Notes under the pieces: model-generated
What the model saw: the letters and a program-made list of their open reading frames with translations, nothing else
What the model was told of the DNA's origin: nothing
Databases searched by the model: none
Shown here: in pieces, positions 51,843 through 64,000 of the stretch
Layout: each line of letters begins with the position of its first letter
How positions within the stretch are numbered: position 1 is the first letter of the stretch
Origin: Lama glama
Lineage: Eukaryota
Direction: 5' to 3'
Length of the DNA: 64,000 nucleotides
NCBI GenBank assembly: GCA_028534125.1
Contig: CM052816.1
Span: 54,500,001-54,564,000, forward strand
Translations under genes and position numbers: made by a program

Positions 51843-51985
51843 CACTGCTGATGGCTCTACAGAACTCAGAAGTCACACTGCAGTGTTCCTACCTGAGAAC
51901 TTGGGTTGGCTGGAAACTCTGAGGCAGTGACAGAGATCCCCACCCCCCAAGGCCCTCAGGACATGGCCCATCATCTAATTTGAAG
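51843..51985 (+). other. ZBED3: Candidate non-coding 5'UTR exon 2 of ZBED3 (143 nt)
   Basis: Pyrimidine-rich acceptor ctgaatttttctcctAG (51841-42) and donor GAAG|GTAAAA (GT 51986). The sequence is non-repetitive and lies between SNORA47 and the coding exon, which fits the recalled three-exon ZBED3 structure. Confidence 0.7.
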
Positions 51986-52649
51986 GTAAAAGTTTAGAAG
52001 GCTGCTTTGGATATTGCTGTTCCCTAAATGTGTATATTTTAAGAACATTTGAAGAGTTTTTAGGACTCACAATTTTCTCATCAGCACATTGTTTTTAAAA
52101 TCACAAAAACAAAGTTTTTTTGTTTGTTTTTTTTTTATGTTGGAACAAGTTCTCTCCTCGAAATCTAATTTTAAAAGGCTGCTCGGCCCTGGCACTTTCA
52201 TCCCTAAAGTCTATGAAACAAAATTTTCATTCTTAAAACTTACCCCCCCCACTCCTTCCCAAAGCTCCTTCCTTCTGCAACACCGTGAGAAGAATTCAAC
52301 AGGAAGCCTTGCTCTTATTCAGAAAAGACAGTTTTGTTTTGTTTTTTTAAGACCTCAAAGGATACTAGTTAAAACTCATATGTACATACGGCACTAACTT
52401 AGCTTATTCTTATCAGATGCTTGGCTTCCCAATTTTTGTCTCAGTATTTAGTAGCTGAGGACCCAATGAATTTCGAAGATAATTCCTAGCTAAGGAAAGA
52501 GAGACTAAACATTTTTAGCATTTCCCTCTCCTGGGGAATCAACAGTTAGTAACACACACTGAGAAAGACACGCAAGTATCTACGCAAACTAACCACAGGA
52601 TTTTTACCTGTGGTAAGAGGGAGGCATGGTTTCTTCACAGGCTAACTCT

Positions 52650-53500
52650 AGTCCTAGAAGTTGTGTGTCGGGGCGTGTGTGTCGGGTGCGCGTGTAGTTT
52701 TGTGGTCGTCTTACCCCGGTCTCCCTCGGTGCACAGGCGCTGCACGGAGAATGAGGTGCGACGAGCCGGCCTCGACCATGGAAGAGAGCGGCGGGCCGGA
52801 CGGGGCCGCGGGCCGCCTGGGGGCACCGTACTCCGAGGCGTGGGGGTACTTCCACCTGGCGCCGGCGCGCCTGGGCCACGCGTCGGGCCCCCGGGCCACC
52901 TGCCGGCTGTGTGGGGAACAGGTGGGCCGCGGCCCGGGCTGGCACGCGGGCACCCCGGCGCTGTGGAAACACCTGAAGAGCGCGCACCGGCGGGAGCTGG
53001 AGGAGAGCGCCGCCCGCCGCTCGCCGCCCGCCGCCCCCGGCCCCGCCGCGGCCGCGGAGGGCGACTGGGCGCGCCTGCTGGAGCAGATGGGCGCGCTGGC
53101 CGTGCGCGGGAGCCTGCGGGAGCGCGAGCTGGCGCGGCGCGAGGCGACCCTAGAGCAGGGCGAGCGCGCCCTGGAGCGGAGGCGGCGGGCGCTGCAGGAG
53201 GAGGAGCGCGCGGCGGCCCAGGCGCGCCGGGAACTGCAGGCCGAGAGGGAGGCGCTGCAGGCGCGGCTGCGGGAAGTGAGCCGGCGCGAGGGCGCCTTGG
53301 CCTTGGCGTCGGCCGGGCTTTGCGCTCCGCTCAAAGAGGAGCCTGAGGGGGACAGGGACGGCTACGTCATCACGAAGGTCCTCCTGTAGGTTTTGGCAAC
53401 TTCCATCCCCACCAGGCCAGCCTACTCCAAGTGTGGTCCGCGGACCCGCGAGCGGGATCTCAGGCCCGTTGCCGCCCTGTCGAATGGAGATCGCCAAATG
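52650..53500. promoter_or_regulatory. Intragenic CpG island covering the ZBED3 coding exon
   Basis: Very high GC content and CpG density across the acceptor, CDS and proximal 3'UTR. Confidence 0.85.
52751..53389 (+). CDS. ZBED3: Zinc finger BED domain-containing protein 3, 212 aa, single coding exon
   Basis: ATG at 52751 ([13 protein letters not shown]...) is in frame with track ORF 52661..53389. It contains a BED finger (YSEAWGYF...TCRLC...LWKHLKSAH; CxxC...HxxxxH), the [11 protein letters not shown] segment, an E/R-rich coiled coil and the C-terminus [13 protein letters not shown], all matching recalled mammalian ZBED3. A splice acceptor (ctccctcggtgcacAG, 52735-52736) lies 14 nt upstream. 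A second in-frame ATG with a stronger Kozak context (gaccATGG) is at 52778. Confidence 0.97.
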   Translation: MRCDEPASTMEESGGPDGAAGRLGAPYSEAWGYFHLAPARLGHASGPRATCRLCGEQVGRGPGWHAGTPALWKHLKSAHRRELEESAARRSPPAAPGPAAAAEGDWARLLEQMGALAVRGSLRERELARREATLEQGERALERRRRALQEEERAAAQARRELQAEREALQARLREVSRREGALALASAGLCAPLKEEPEGDRDGYVITKVLL

Positions 53501-53989
53501 CGGGGCTTTGAGAAGCACTCTGGAAGCCAAAGCAGAACCCAAAATCACTAACTCCTTGTGGTGCTCTGGGGTGCCTGGGAGTGCAGCTGCAGCGGTCTTC
53601 TTTGCTGGTGGCCTTCAGTGACATCCGTGCAGGGCGTGGTTTTCCTCTGACTGCCTTTGGAATGAGAGCTACAACAGCCCCGTGAACCTAGATCACCCGG
53701 AGTCATGTCCACTTTGTACCTAGTGACTTTGAAAGGACAGAAGTTTCCTTACACACCAAAGACTATCACACTGTGTGCCTTTACACCAGCCGGGGCAACC
53801 CAGGGTGGAGGGTGCACGGAAATGAGGATAAAGCATTTTTACCCAAAAAGAGTTTACTCATTACTTTAGTAAATCTTTGATGAGTAGTCTTTGCCTAGCA
53901 TCAAGTTCTGAACAGTAGGCTGTTGAGGTTCCATGACTGGTCACTACCCTGTCTTTTCTTGTGCCTTATAAAGGCAGTCCCGGAGAACA

Positions 53990-56510
53990 CCTTTTTACTC
54001 CCCTCCCCAGCTTGCCTGACAGTACCAAGTGCACCCTATCTTGCCTCCGCCATCTTTCCCGTTTCAGACCCAGTGGCAACTGTGGTAAATTTCCCTGCTT
54101 ATCTGCCTTACTCCTTCTGTCACCTTATTAGCAAGACATGACCTCATCCCTCCTTGTTAGGGAGAAGCTTCCTTCCCAGCATCTCCACAGTCCTTGTTCC
54201 CAGGCCAAAGGAGAAGGCATCCCTCCCATCGGAGGCCACTTCTCTCTCCTGTTTTCCTCTTCCACCTTTATTGGGCCTTTTCCTGTCTCCTCCTCTCCCT
54301 TTCTTCAGACTCTTCCTCTCAGCAATAGCCTAGTCTCCTTTGTACTGAAAAGAAAGACTTCCCCAGCCTGGATGCTCCCAACTGAATACCATGCAAACAA
54401 GGAGTGTGGAGCAGTCCTTGCTGCCTGTACTTCCTCTGCATCCCTTACTCCTTCACTCGTGGTCAGCTTTCCATGCTACACTGGACCTTTAAGAAGCCAT
54501 TACAGTCTCCCAGCGGCTGAATATGATGATTTCTTTTCAGCCTTCACTTTGCTTATTCTCTCCCTTCTTGAAATTTCTCCTTTGGTAGATGGAACTTGCC
54601 TTTCGTCCAGAGAATTCCTTTTCCTGATGTAGACGGGTTCCCAAATAATTTTTCTTCAGGTCTCTTTTTTCCTTATTTTTCTGAGAATTTGAAAATTTTC
54701 AAGAATCCAGAAAAAGCTGGAGAGCTAATACAATGAATACCCACATATATCCTCCAGTTAAGCAGCTGATAACATTTTGCCATATTTATTTTTCTTCCAT
54801 CCACCCCAAACAGGCATGGCATTTCATCTCTAAATATTTCAGCATGTTTATCCCAATAGCCTCTAATATAGAGTCCTTAATCAAAATTCCCTAATTGTCC
54901 CAAGAGTATCTTTTTATCTTTTCTAAAAAACAGGAACCAGTAATGCATGAAACAGGATTCATACCTTACTTTTGATTGTAATGGGAGTTTCTCTTAGTCT
55001 AGAATAGCCCCCTTACTATTTTTTTCCATGACACTTTTGAGAGAGTCCCAGCCATCTGTTATATAGACTGTCCTGTATTCTGGATTTATCTAATTGTTTC
55101 CTTTGGCCAATTTATGTACTCATTCTTGACTCATCTACCTACAGAGCTACAATTATCACCTCTGTGCCAGCGACTCCTGACTACCTTCAGCCTGAGTGTT
55201 CTTCCCAGTCTGTCCATGTCCAATCCCCTGTAGCACGTCTCCCCCTCTACTTACATATCCTGCCAGTGCAGATGGAAGGGGTAAATCTATTCAATTCTGC
55301 AGCCCCAGCCCTCATCCAATAACTAAAAATTACTGGGCTCTTAAAATGTATTAGGTACATCTACATGTATCAGGTGCATCTACATGTATTATTTCACTTT
55401 ATTTCCTTAGCAGTTCCTTGCGGGGTATTAATACTATTCCCATTTCACAGCTCAGGAAACCGAGAGAAGGGTTAGGTAGCTTGTACAAGATTACGGTTGT
55501 AAATAGTAGAGTTGGGATCCAAATCCAGTCTCGACCTCCAAATGCCATGCTCCTAGCTGCTGTATGGTCTCTCTTGTTACTCAGTCACCGAGCTGACACC
55601 TGTTTTCTTTCTAGCTCCAACTCCAGGTAATACCATCCATGACATTAATATGTACTGAGCATTCACTGTGCCAGAGCTGTGCTGAAAGACGCTTTACAAG
55701 AATAACTGCCTACCATGTGGCAAACCCTTAATTACACTTATGCACATTTTGTAGAGGAAGAGACAGGCTCAGTGGAGCTAAGTAATGTCAAGGCAGGATT
55801 GGATTTGAACACTAGTCTTGTTGAATCTTAGGCTACTGCGTCTATTTTTACAAATTATCACACCTGTCTTTCTTCTGATGCCACCTGCCAAGCTCAGGCC
55901 CCATTTATCATTCACCTGGGATTCATCTTCCCATCCTTGTCTTCCCATACTGTCCCCCACCTGACACTCAAGTTGGCCAAAGGAACAGTCCTAGGCCAAC
56001 AATGATTATTCTCTGCTCAAAGGACCCACAATCACCCATCATCTACTGGCTTTGACCTTGTGGCCTCACATCCAAGTCTTCTTCACCTCCAGGCCAGTCT
56101 TATTTGTCCCTCCCCTACACATGCTGTATACAAAATGGTCTCCTTGTTCTTCTGATGTGTCCTGATCTTGGCACCCTTGTGCCTCTGTTTGCCTTTCCTC
56201 TACTTAAAAAGCCCCTTCAATCTCTGAATATGAAAAATCCCATCCATTTTCAAAGACCAAGCTCAAATTCAACTTGGCTGCATGAAGCTTTCCTGGATTC
56301 CTCACCATTCAGAGATGACTCTTTACTTCTCTGGACTCTCATAGGATTTTGTATGTCAAAACCCTTAAAAAGGCCATCTAGCATGTGGCTCTGGGGTCTT
56401 ACCTCTTGCCAAACACTGAGCCCTTGGGAGCAGGGATGGAGTTCACTCATCTTCTACTCGCACAATGCCTTGCCTGTAACAGTTGCTCAGTAAATATTTG
56501 AGGCATTGAA
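53990..56510 (-). mobile_element. Scattered L2 fragments with MIR/L1ME interruptions in the presumed ZBED3 3'UTR
   Basis: Pyrimidine-rich antisense-L2 phrases ending gttgctcagtaaatatttg at about 56480-56500. Confidence 0.5.
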
Positions 56511-57241
56511 CCCACTCAGTGTTTTAAAGATTTTTGAGTTTCCCCAAATTACTAATGTAATTATTCATTTATCTTTAATTATCTGAGTAGAATTCCTAAG
56601 AGAAAAAAATAGCCCAAAAATAGCAGTAATAATTTTTAAAAGCCATTTAGTCAATGAAGATTTAATAAGTTTCAGTTACTAGGCAGACTGGTTTGAATCC
56701 AATCACCTAGCATGTCATTATCAAGAATGCTTTTCTTAAAATTACTTTTTTCATTACACAAGTAACACACATGCAATGCCCCAATCTAGGAAGAACAGCT
56801 GAAAAATACAGTCCCCCAAAGTTCTGCCGCCTTAGTAAGACTGCTATTAACATTTTAATGTATTTTATTCTTTTGTCCCTTGCAATATTTATATTACCCT
56901 ATATAACACTACAAGGTATTTCTATTAAGTATTGGAATTTAACTTCTTCATGTGGATTTGTAAGTTGGGCTGTAAGACCTGAATCTGGACTTTTTGGAAG
57001 GAAACAAAAAATTACTGATGCTACCCTTCATTTTCACCAGTTATTAGAACCATTAAAATAAGCAAAGATTTGACTTTTACAGTCTTAACTGCCCCCTCAA
57101 GAAAGATGGCTAACATAGCTTGTTCAGGGTATGGGGAAACCAATTAGCCTGACTGATGACTTAGCGCTGGTTGTGGAAGTTACACACTTTTTTACACTTT
57201 TGTATTGTAATTTTTTTATATCAAGCATAAACTACTCTTAA

Positions 57242-57315
57242 AATAAAAAATAAAGTTACTTACAGTTTGCAAATGAAAAATCCTATCAGCATTCAGTTTC
57301 CTTATTTAAAATAAA
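57242..57315 (+). terminator. Candidate polyadenylation signal cluster for a long ZBED3 3'UTR
   Basis: AATAAA hexamers at 57242, 57249 and 57310, about 3.9 kb after the stop codon. Their use is inferred only. Confidence 0.35.
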
Positions 57316-58360
57316 CAAAACCTCCAACACAAAAACTGGTACAATCTGCAATTCCAGAAAAGCCTAGAAAGAAATGGCAGCCCTTGTCCTGTCCACCTCC
57401 ATCATCTGACAGGAGAAAAATGAGCCTGAGTGCCTTGTTCGGTATGAGATAGTAGCTATGATGGCTTACCTGGCTCCAGCCTCCTCATCAGATACTCTGC
57501 CTCTTTGGCCTTGAGGGCTTCTGCCCGCTCACCTGGCAAAGCACAAGGGCCATTAGGACCAACTGGCTTAGCTGGCAACCTGTCAGCTAAGCGCTGGGAT
57601 TTGAGAGCACAGAGGTGGGCTCCGGGGACTGCATCGGCCTCTGTTGCTGTGGCACAGTCTGCTTATAATGAGAGTTGTCACTGCTAATGGGTGATGGTGA
57701 CATGCCTTGCGTACACTGGCAGAGCTTCCCTGATGTATGAGACTAGGCTTGCTAATAGCCCCACCAGGATGCTGCTTTTGAGAGCAATGCACACAGTGGC
57801 AAGGTGGATGGCTGGCAATGGGATGCAGAATGCCCTGAACCCAGCTCCTGAATGCCTGCCATGATGTAAAGTGATCAGTTACTTTTTGGGGTTGAAACGT
57901 GGCAGGGAGGAGGGGAGGGGGCAAAATGGAATAATGACAACCAAGAGCTCGGGCCCTTTATGCACTTAAGTTGTCATCCTTAGAGGCTGGAGAAACGATG
58001 GGCTTGGCTTGCTGTGAGCTGACTTTCTTCTTTAAATAGCTGCCCATGTCCTTCACATCTTGGAAGCGATTCATAAAAACTGGGCTTTTGTTTTGGTGCC
58101 ATACACTCATTAGGGAATTCTTTCTAAAGATTGGATCTTCCTACCTTTCCACAACCTAAGTCTGCTTCTTTGTCTGGAGAAAGGATGAGGTGCTCATTAA
58201 TGTCCTCTTCGGCTCTAACGTGCTACGATCACATAAAATACAGTGAAACATCAATTATCCTTTGAGTTAATCCGTTGCTCTGTTCATATTTTCTTGCTAA
58301 CTGCAGGTTGAGATGTTGAAAGTCACATATGCATGCTTATTATTAAAAATAATAGTAGTC

Positions 58361-59883
58361 TACAGAGCTACAGTAATCAAAACAGCATGGTACTGGCATA
58401 AAAACAGACACATGGATCAATGGAACAGAACAGAGAGCCCAGAAATAAACCCACAGACCTACAGTCAATTAATCTTCAACAAAGGAGGCAGGAATATATA
58501 ATGGAGAAAAGACAGTCTCTTCAGCAAGTGGTCTTAGGAAAACTGGATAGCAGCATGTAAATAAATGAAGCTAGAACACTCCTTTACTCCATACACAAAA
58601 ATAAACTCCAAATGGCTTAAAGACTTAAATGTAAGACAAGACACGATAAATCTCATAGAAGAAAATATAGGCAAAACATTCTCTGTCATAAATCTTAGCC
58701 ATGTTCTCCTAGGGCAGTCTACCCAGGCAACAGAAATAAGAGCAAAAATAAACAAATGAGACCTAATTAAACTTACAAGCTTTTGCACAGCAAAAGAAAC
58801 CGTAAGCAAAACAAAATGACAACCTGCGGAATGGGAAAAAATATTTGCCAATGATGCGACTGACAAAGGCTTAACTTCCAGAATATATAAATATCTCATA
58901 CAACTTAATAAGAAAAAAACAAATACCCAATCCAAAAATTGGCAGAAGACCTAAACAAGCAATTCTCCAATGAAGACATACAAATGGCCAATAGGCACAT
59001 GAAAAAATGCTCAATATCACTAATTATCAGAGAAATGCAAATCAAAACTATAATGAGGTATCATCTCACACCAGTCAGAATGGCCATCATTCAAAAGTTC
59101 ACAAGTGATAAATGCTGGAGAGGGTGTGGAGAAAAGGGAACCCTTCTACACTCTGGTGGGAATGCAGTTGGTGCAGCCATTATGGAAAACAATATGGAGA
59201 TTCCACAAAAAAATAAAAATAGACTTACCATATGATCCCACTTCTGGGTATTTATCTGGAAGGAACTCTAACTCGAAAAGAAACATGCACCCCAATATTC
59301 ACAGCAGTACTATCTATATACAATAGCCAAGACATGGATACAACCTAAATGTCCGACAGATGACTGGATAAAGAAGTTATGGTATATTTATACAAAGGAA
59401 TACTACTCAGCTATAAAAAAGAACAAAATAATGCCATTTGCAGCAACATGGATGGACCTGGAGATCATTATTCTAAGTGAAGTAAACCAGAAAGAGAAAG
59501 AAAAATACCATATGAGATCACTTATATGTGGAGTCTAAAAAAAAAAGACACTGAACTCATCTACAAAACTGCAACAGACTCGCAGACATAGTAAACAATC
59601 TTACAGTTACTGGGAAAAGGGAGAGGAAAAGGATAAATTTGGGAGTTTGAGATTTACAAATGTTAACCACCATATATAAAAATAGATTTTTAAAAAGTTT
59701 CTTTTATATAGCACAGAGAACTATGTTCAATATCTTAAAATAACCTTTAATGAAAAAGAATATGAAAACAAATATATGTATGTATATGCATGACTAGGAC
59801 ATTGTTCTGTACACCGGAGATTGACACACTGTAACTGACTCTACTTCAATAAAAAAAATAATAAAATGCAATATGGAAAAAAA
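58361..59883 (+). mobile_element. Young 5'-truncated L1 (about 1.5 kb): ORF2 C-terminal region, 3'UTR and A tail
   Basis: [40 protein letters not shown] and [21 protein letters not shown] appear in track ORFs, with frameshifts and stops between them. AATAAA plus tail at about 59848. Perfect 12-bp TSD AATAGTAGTCTA at 58351-62 and 59884-95. Confidence 0.95.
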
Positions 59884-60339
59884 AATAGTAGTCTATCACA
59901 CATTTTCTTCCACAGAACTGAGGTACCAACTGTATACGATTCACTACCTAGAAGTGAAAATGTGTATGTGGTAATGAGCACGCTCTCCCATACCATACTT
60001 TTTGCCCTCACAACACCCTGCAGGCAGGACAGGTATAAGCTGTCCGTGTTTTACAAGGAGGCACCGCATTTCACCAAGGTGAAGTGGCCTGCTAAAGACC
60101 ACATAGCTAGTAAGTGGCAGACTGGAGGCTCAAGCTCTATCCAGGATGCTGGTTAGACCTGGGACCAAACAGTTGCACATCCTTCCATGACTCTCTTGCA
60201 GTCCACCTCTTCACCAGTGCCAGGACCTCTGTATCCTGGCCTGAGTGCTTGCTGAAGTGCTTGGGTTAATGTTGGCTCTTCCCATCCAAGAGTTCTTGTG
60301 CTGAGGTAAGCAATGCAGCTTTCCCAGAGTAAATGAGGT

Positions 60340-60790
60340 TAGTCTTTATTAGTTTCCTACAGCTTCTGTAATAAATTGCCCCAAACTTAGTAGCTAAACA
60401 CAACACAAATTTATTATCTTACAGTTCTGCAGGTCAGAAGTCTGAAGTGGTTCTCAAAAGTGTTGGCAGAGCTGTGCTCCATTCTAGAGGTTCTAGGAGA
60501 GAATCCATTTTCTGCCTTTTCCAACTTTCGGAGGCTGCCCACATTCTGTAGCTGTGGCCCCTTCCATCTTCAAGGCCAGCAAAGACCAGTCTTTCTCACA
60601 ATGCACCACTCTGCCACCCTCGTCCACATTTAAAGCACCTGCTCCTTATCTTAGATTCAGTTAGGCAGCAACCTAACTCTACCTGCAATCTTAATTCTCC
60701 CCTGCTGGGTAATGTACTGAGTTTCCGGGGATTAGGATGTAGACACTTTGGGGTGTGTGTGTGGGGTGGGGGTGGCAGACATTTTCTGCC
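60340..60790 (-). mobile_element. MLT1A/C-like MaLR LTR
   Basis: tattagtttcct...aaatttattatcttacagttctgcaggtcagaagtctgaa...ggggattaggatgtagac. Confidence 0.8.
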
Positions 60791-61569
60791 TATCACAGCA
60801 TTATATTGCCTTGTCCATGTCTGGGGGTTGTGAGAAAGGCATGTGCTTGATGGGGAGACCCTCTTCCTCAGAAATCAACACTTTACTGGGGGTCCAAATC
60901 TTTCCTCCTTGTATCTTGGTCTCTCTGCCCAGTGCAGACAGTGCTCATAGACTTTCCTGAGAAAGATACTTGGAAGGTGAGGGTGCCTCTAGGAGGCAAT
61001 TAGAGACCTCTGTAGTTCTGAGAACATTGGTAAATTTGTGGGCTGACTAGGATCTGATTGACTAGGAAGGCTGGGTGGTGTACGTGAGGAGTTGGTTGAG
61101 CCTTTGAAGTCAGATGTGAATTAAAATCTAAGCTTTCAAAAAAAAAAGTCCTCAAATGTTATGATTAGTCCACAAGTTGAAATATAAAATCTAAGCTTTC
61201 CAACCACCTATGTTAGGTGCTACCTTGGCAATAGCCTCAACCTCTCTGAAATCCAGTTTCTTCATCAGTAAAATGGGGATAAGACATAACTTACAGAGTT
61301 GTTATACTAATTAAGATGTTATTTAGACAAATTCTAACATAGTTTAAACTCAGTAACTATGACTTCTTTCTTTTTCACCTATTTACCTGAACAGGAGCTC
61401 AAAACCAATCCAAAGGACTTCAGGAAGAGCAAGTTCTCTGGGATGATTCCTGAGAAGCTGCACACACAAAGTCATTTTCCTTCATAACAGAACTATTTTT
61501 CTATCAAAATATAAATTTCTTACCTGGTTTGTCAAATAAGTGTATCTAGTCAAAACTCAGTATGACTTG

Positions 61570-61950
61570 TAACTACAAAGTAATCTGACCAATTTCACAA
61601 GTAAATGCATCAAAACTTATCCATCTAAGCACTTTTTGCCTTCAAACTAGCCAACTTTGAAGACTATACAATCATTCCAAAAATGCTTCCATGCTTAAAA
61701 CACTTCTGGAACTCTTAGAGTAGGAGTAGCTCTCAGAGTTTCTGGTACATTCTGTAAAACATCCTAATGTTGGCAAATATTCATCTTTCCAGGAAAAGTT
61801 AATTTTTTTAAAAGAGCTGGCAGTTATTCAGAGCCCAGTCTGGTGAATATAACCAGATTAACATTCCTGGCTAATAAGGTGTAATTATAATAAAGCGATG
61901 TAATTGTGTGTGTGTGTGTGGTTCATAAAGTGGCCTTGATAGTGTTGTAT
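61570..61950. mobile_element. MARNA-like mariner relic
   Basis: aaaacacttctggaactc...tggcaaatattcatcttt...attcagagcccagtctggtgaata resembles recalled MARNA sequence. Confidence 0.55.
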
Positions 61951-64000
61951 ATTAAGGTTAAGTAAAGGTAGCATGGTCGTAGGAGAGATTAAAGCTCATT
62001 TTAGTCGGTTTATGATGTGAATGAATTCAGATAGCACTGGGAGTCATTACATATTTAAACAGTATTAAATGTTTCTTTTTATGAAAATCTTAATTATGAC
62101 ATTCTCTGAAATCTGATTTCATAGTATTAAAATGAAGGCTTTAAGGAAAAGCATTAAATGCTAATGAAAGCTTTATTATTTCAGTATATATTCTCCTGGG
62201 CCTTTGGTCAAGGTAAGTAATGATCAGATGAATGAGCTGGCAACCTTCCTGGCCTTGGAAGTCTACTAGTAATTGGAAGCTAAGTAACACACTGTGACAT
62301 GTTTAAATGTATTTAATAATATTCCACCAACTTCTCCCTCTCTTGCTGTCTGGGCAATGAAACACCATGGCATTTTAACACAGATGAGGAAAGCTAGCTT
62401 TTTGTTGGAAGAATTTCTGGAAGTTATCCTTACTCAGCAGACAGAAGACATTGTTTGCCGCCATCACATCAGCCTCCCTGAGTATGTCTGCTCCTCATCC
62501 TCCAGGGAAGTTTTGATTTAAATGTTCTCCATCCACTCCAATTTCCAACGATCTGATAAATGTTGCTTTGGGGGGGGGGGTGAGGGTGAGGAGGGGGGAT
62601 ACTTCAGTGCTCTATTCTTCAGACTTAGAACCACAAAACTCCAATGTCTGAGCAGGCAGAGTTAATGTAATCTTCAGGTAATTAGAGGAGATGCATAATT
62701 TAATGAGGGGCTGCAGTCTCAGTAAGGTTCTACCACTGTGTACATATCAAACCCTTCAAAAACATGAGTAAAATATTTTGAAGGCAGAATTCGTAAGATT
62801 TCCCAAAAAGGTCTGGTTTACAGGCAGATCTGAAAACATTAAAAACCACCACCACAACAAACTGCTCCTTCACCCTCCACCCCAAGAACTTTGGATTTTG
62901 AAAAAACTTTGAAATGAACAGAAACTACTTTGGATTAATACTCTTTTTGGAACAATCAAGACCTTCATGCGACCACTTGGGCTTTGCATTCTACCAAATA
63001 CTATCTAGAAATACATATAAGGTCCAAGGCTGCAGCAAGTCTTGCCCAACCTGGGTGCTGCTGTCTCCCAGTGCCCAGAGCAGCGCCGGGCCTCTAGGAA
63101 GTGCCTCAAGGCTATCTGCTGAAGGAATGCACGCTGCTCAAGGATTCTTACAGAGAAGCATCTGTAATCTAGTTCTTCTTCGAGTTCCGCCTGTAGCTCC
63201 TCCGCTCCCACAGGGTACTGAGGGCCAGGGTGGCCTGCCAGATCTCCCTAGCACTTTCTCCAACGGCTGCATTTCCAAAGTCATGCAGAATCCACCCATT
63301 CTTTGAGGATGATCGTAAAGGGTCCCCCATAGTACCTTCCACCCTTTCTCACAGTCTACTGTTTACCAGTCTCCTGTTCATTCTCCAATATTTATTAAGA
63401 ATTCCAGCTCCTTATGCAGTCTTGTCCACATATCATCACCTCAGGGAATGAAGACGACCTAGCCACTTACTCACCTCATCTGTCATCCTCCCTGACTTCA
63501 ATAACCACCATCTTCACTCCGGGATTCTCCTCCTACAACCGCACACTTGGTACTGATAGCACAACGTAATTAATACAATCACTGATATTGGAGGGCTTAT
63601 TATGCACTGGACACTGCTCAGTGCCAAAAGGCCTTCTCTCATTTAAACTTCCCAACAACTCCATGAAGACATTTAGATAGAGGTTTAAATAAACTTTTAC
63701 ATGTCATTTAGTTCAGGAGTGATTTCCACCCAGGTCAGTCAGACTCTTAACCATCCCACTGGGATGAAAAGAATCAAGATTTAAACCCCAAATCTGCCAC
63801 TCTGGCACACAGAGTTTCTGACCTTGAACAAAATAAAAACCTAAGTCTCAGTTTTCCAATTCATAGAATACTGGCAGAAATAAAGAATATATATTAAGTA
63901 CTTCCTTAGAACAGTGCCTGACACACCACAAATGTGTGTTTCATCCATCCTCCCAGCAAACGCTTCATGAACACCTCCTAAGCATCTAGTCCTATGGTAG

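Noticed and set aside
52661..52750. N-terminal extension of ZBED3 in the 242-aa track ORF
   Set aside because: It starts at a TTG upstream of the splice acceptor at 52736, so it is mostly intronic. The homologous start is ATG 52751.
52604..53548. Long overlapping ORFs (+52663..53346, -52711..53334, -53150..53548, -52604..52987)
   Set aside because: Stop-free shadow frames are expected in an extremely GC-rich CDS. They are low-complexity R/A/G/S sequences with non-ATG or unsupported starts.
62300..63400. Possible AGGF1 3' exons or another gene downstream of ZBED3
   Set aside because: Minus-strand translations do not resemble the recalled AGGF1 G-patch C-terminus or any protein I recognise. 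AGGF1 probably lies beyond the window.
1..64000. CRISPR arrays, operons or prokaryotic defence systems
   Set aside because: The DNA is mammalian, with no repeat-spacer arrays and no dense long ORFs.

Overview
Mammalian genomic DNA, most likely from a camelid: it has two tRNA-derived SINEs resembling camelid vic-1, artiodactyl-type L1 3' ends, and no Alu, B1, PRE-1 or Bov-A elements that I could see. The only protein-coding gene I can support is ZBED3 on the + strand. It has a CpG-island promoter at about 45.1-45.6 kb, a candidate non-coding exon at 51843-51985, and a single coding exon with CDS 52751-53389. The H/ACA snoRNA SNORA47 lies in its first intron (50021-50157). The left 45 kb corresponds by recalled synteny to ZBED3-AS1/intergenic territory and consists largely of L1, L2, MIR, CR1/L3, MaLR, ERV-L, ERV1 and DNA-transposon relics. 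The most notable items are a frameshifted TSPYL1/4/6-like retro-pseudogene fragment (about 33.8-34.35 kb), two uORFs in the ZBED3 leader, absence of the Axin-binding PPPPSPT motif from this ZBED3, a heptamer array and opposite-strand splice donors in the promoter, a strong CTCF site, and an atypical TSD-flanked 47-nt insert. I found no evidence for a wholly new multi-gene system. All family assignments come from recalled consensus or protein sequences, not database searches, and repeat boundaries without a stated TSD are approximate.
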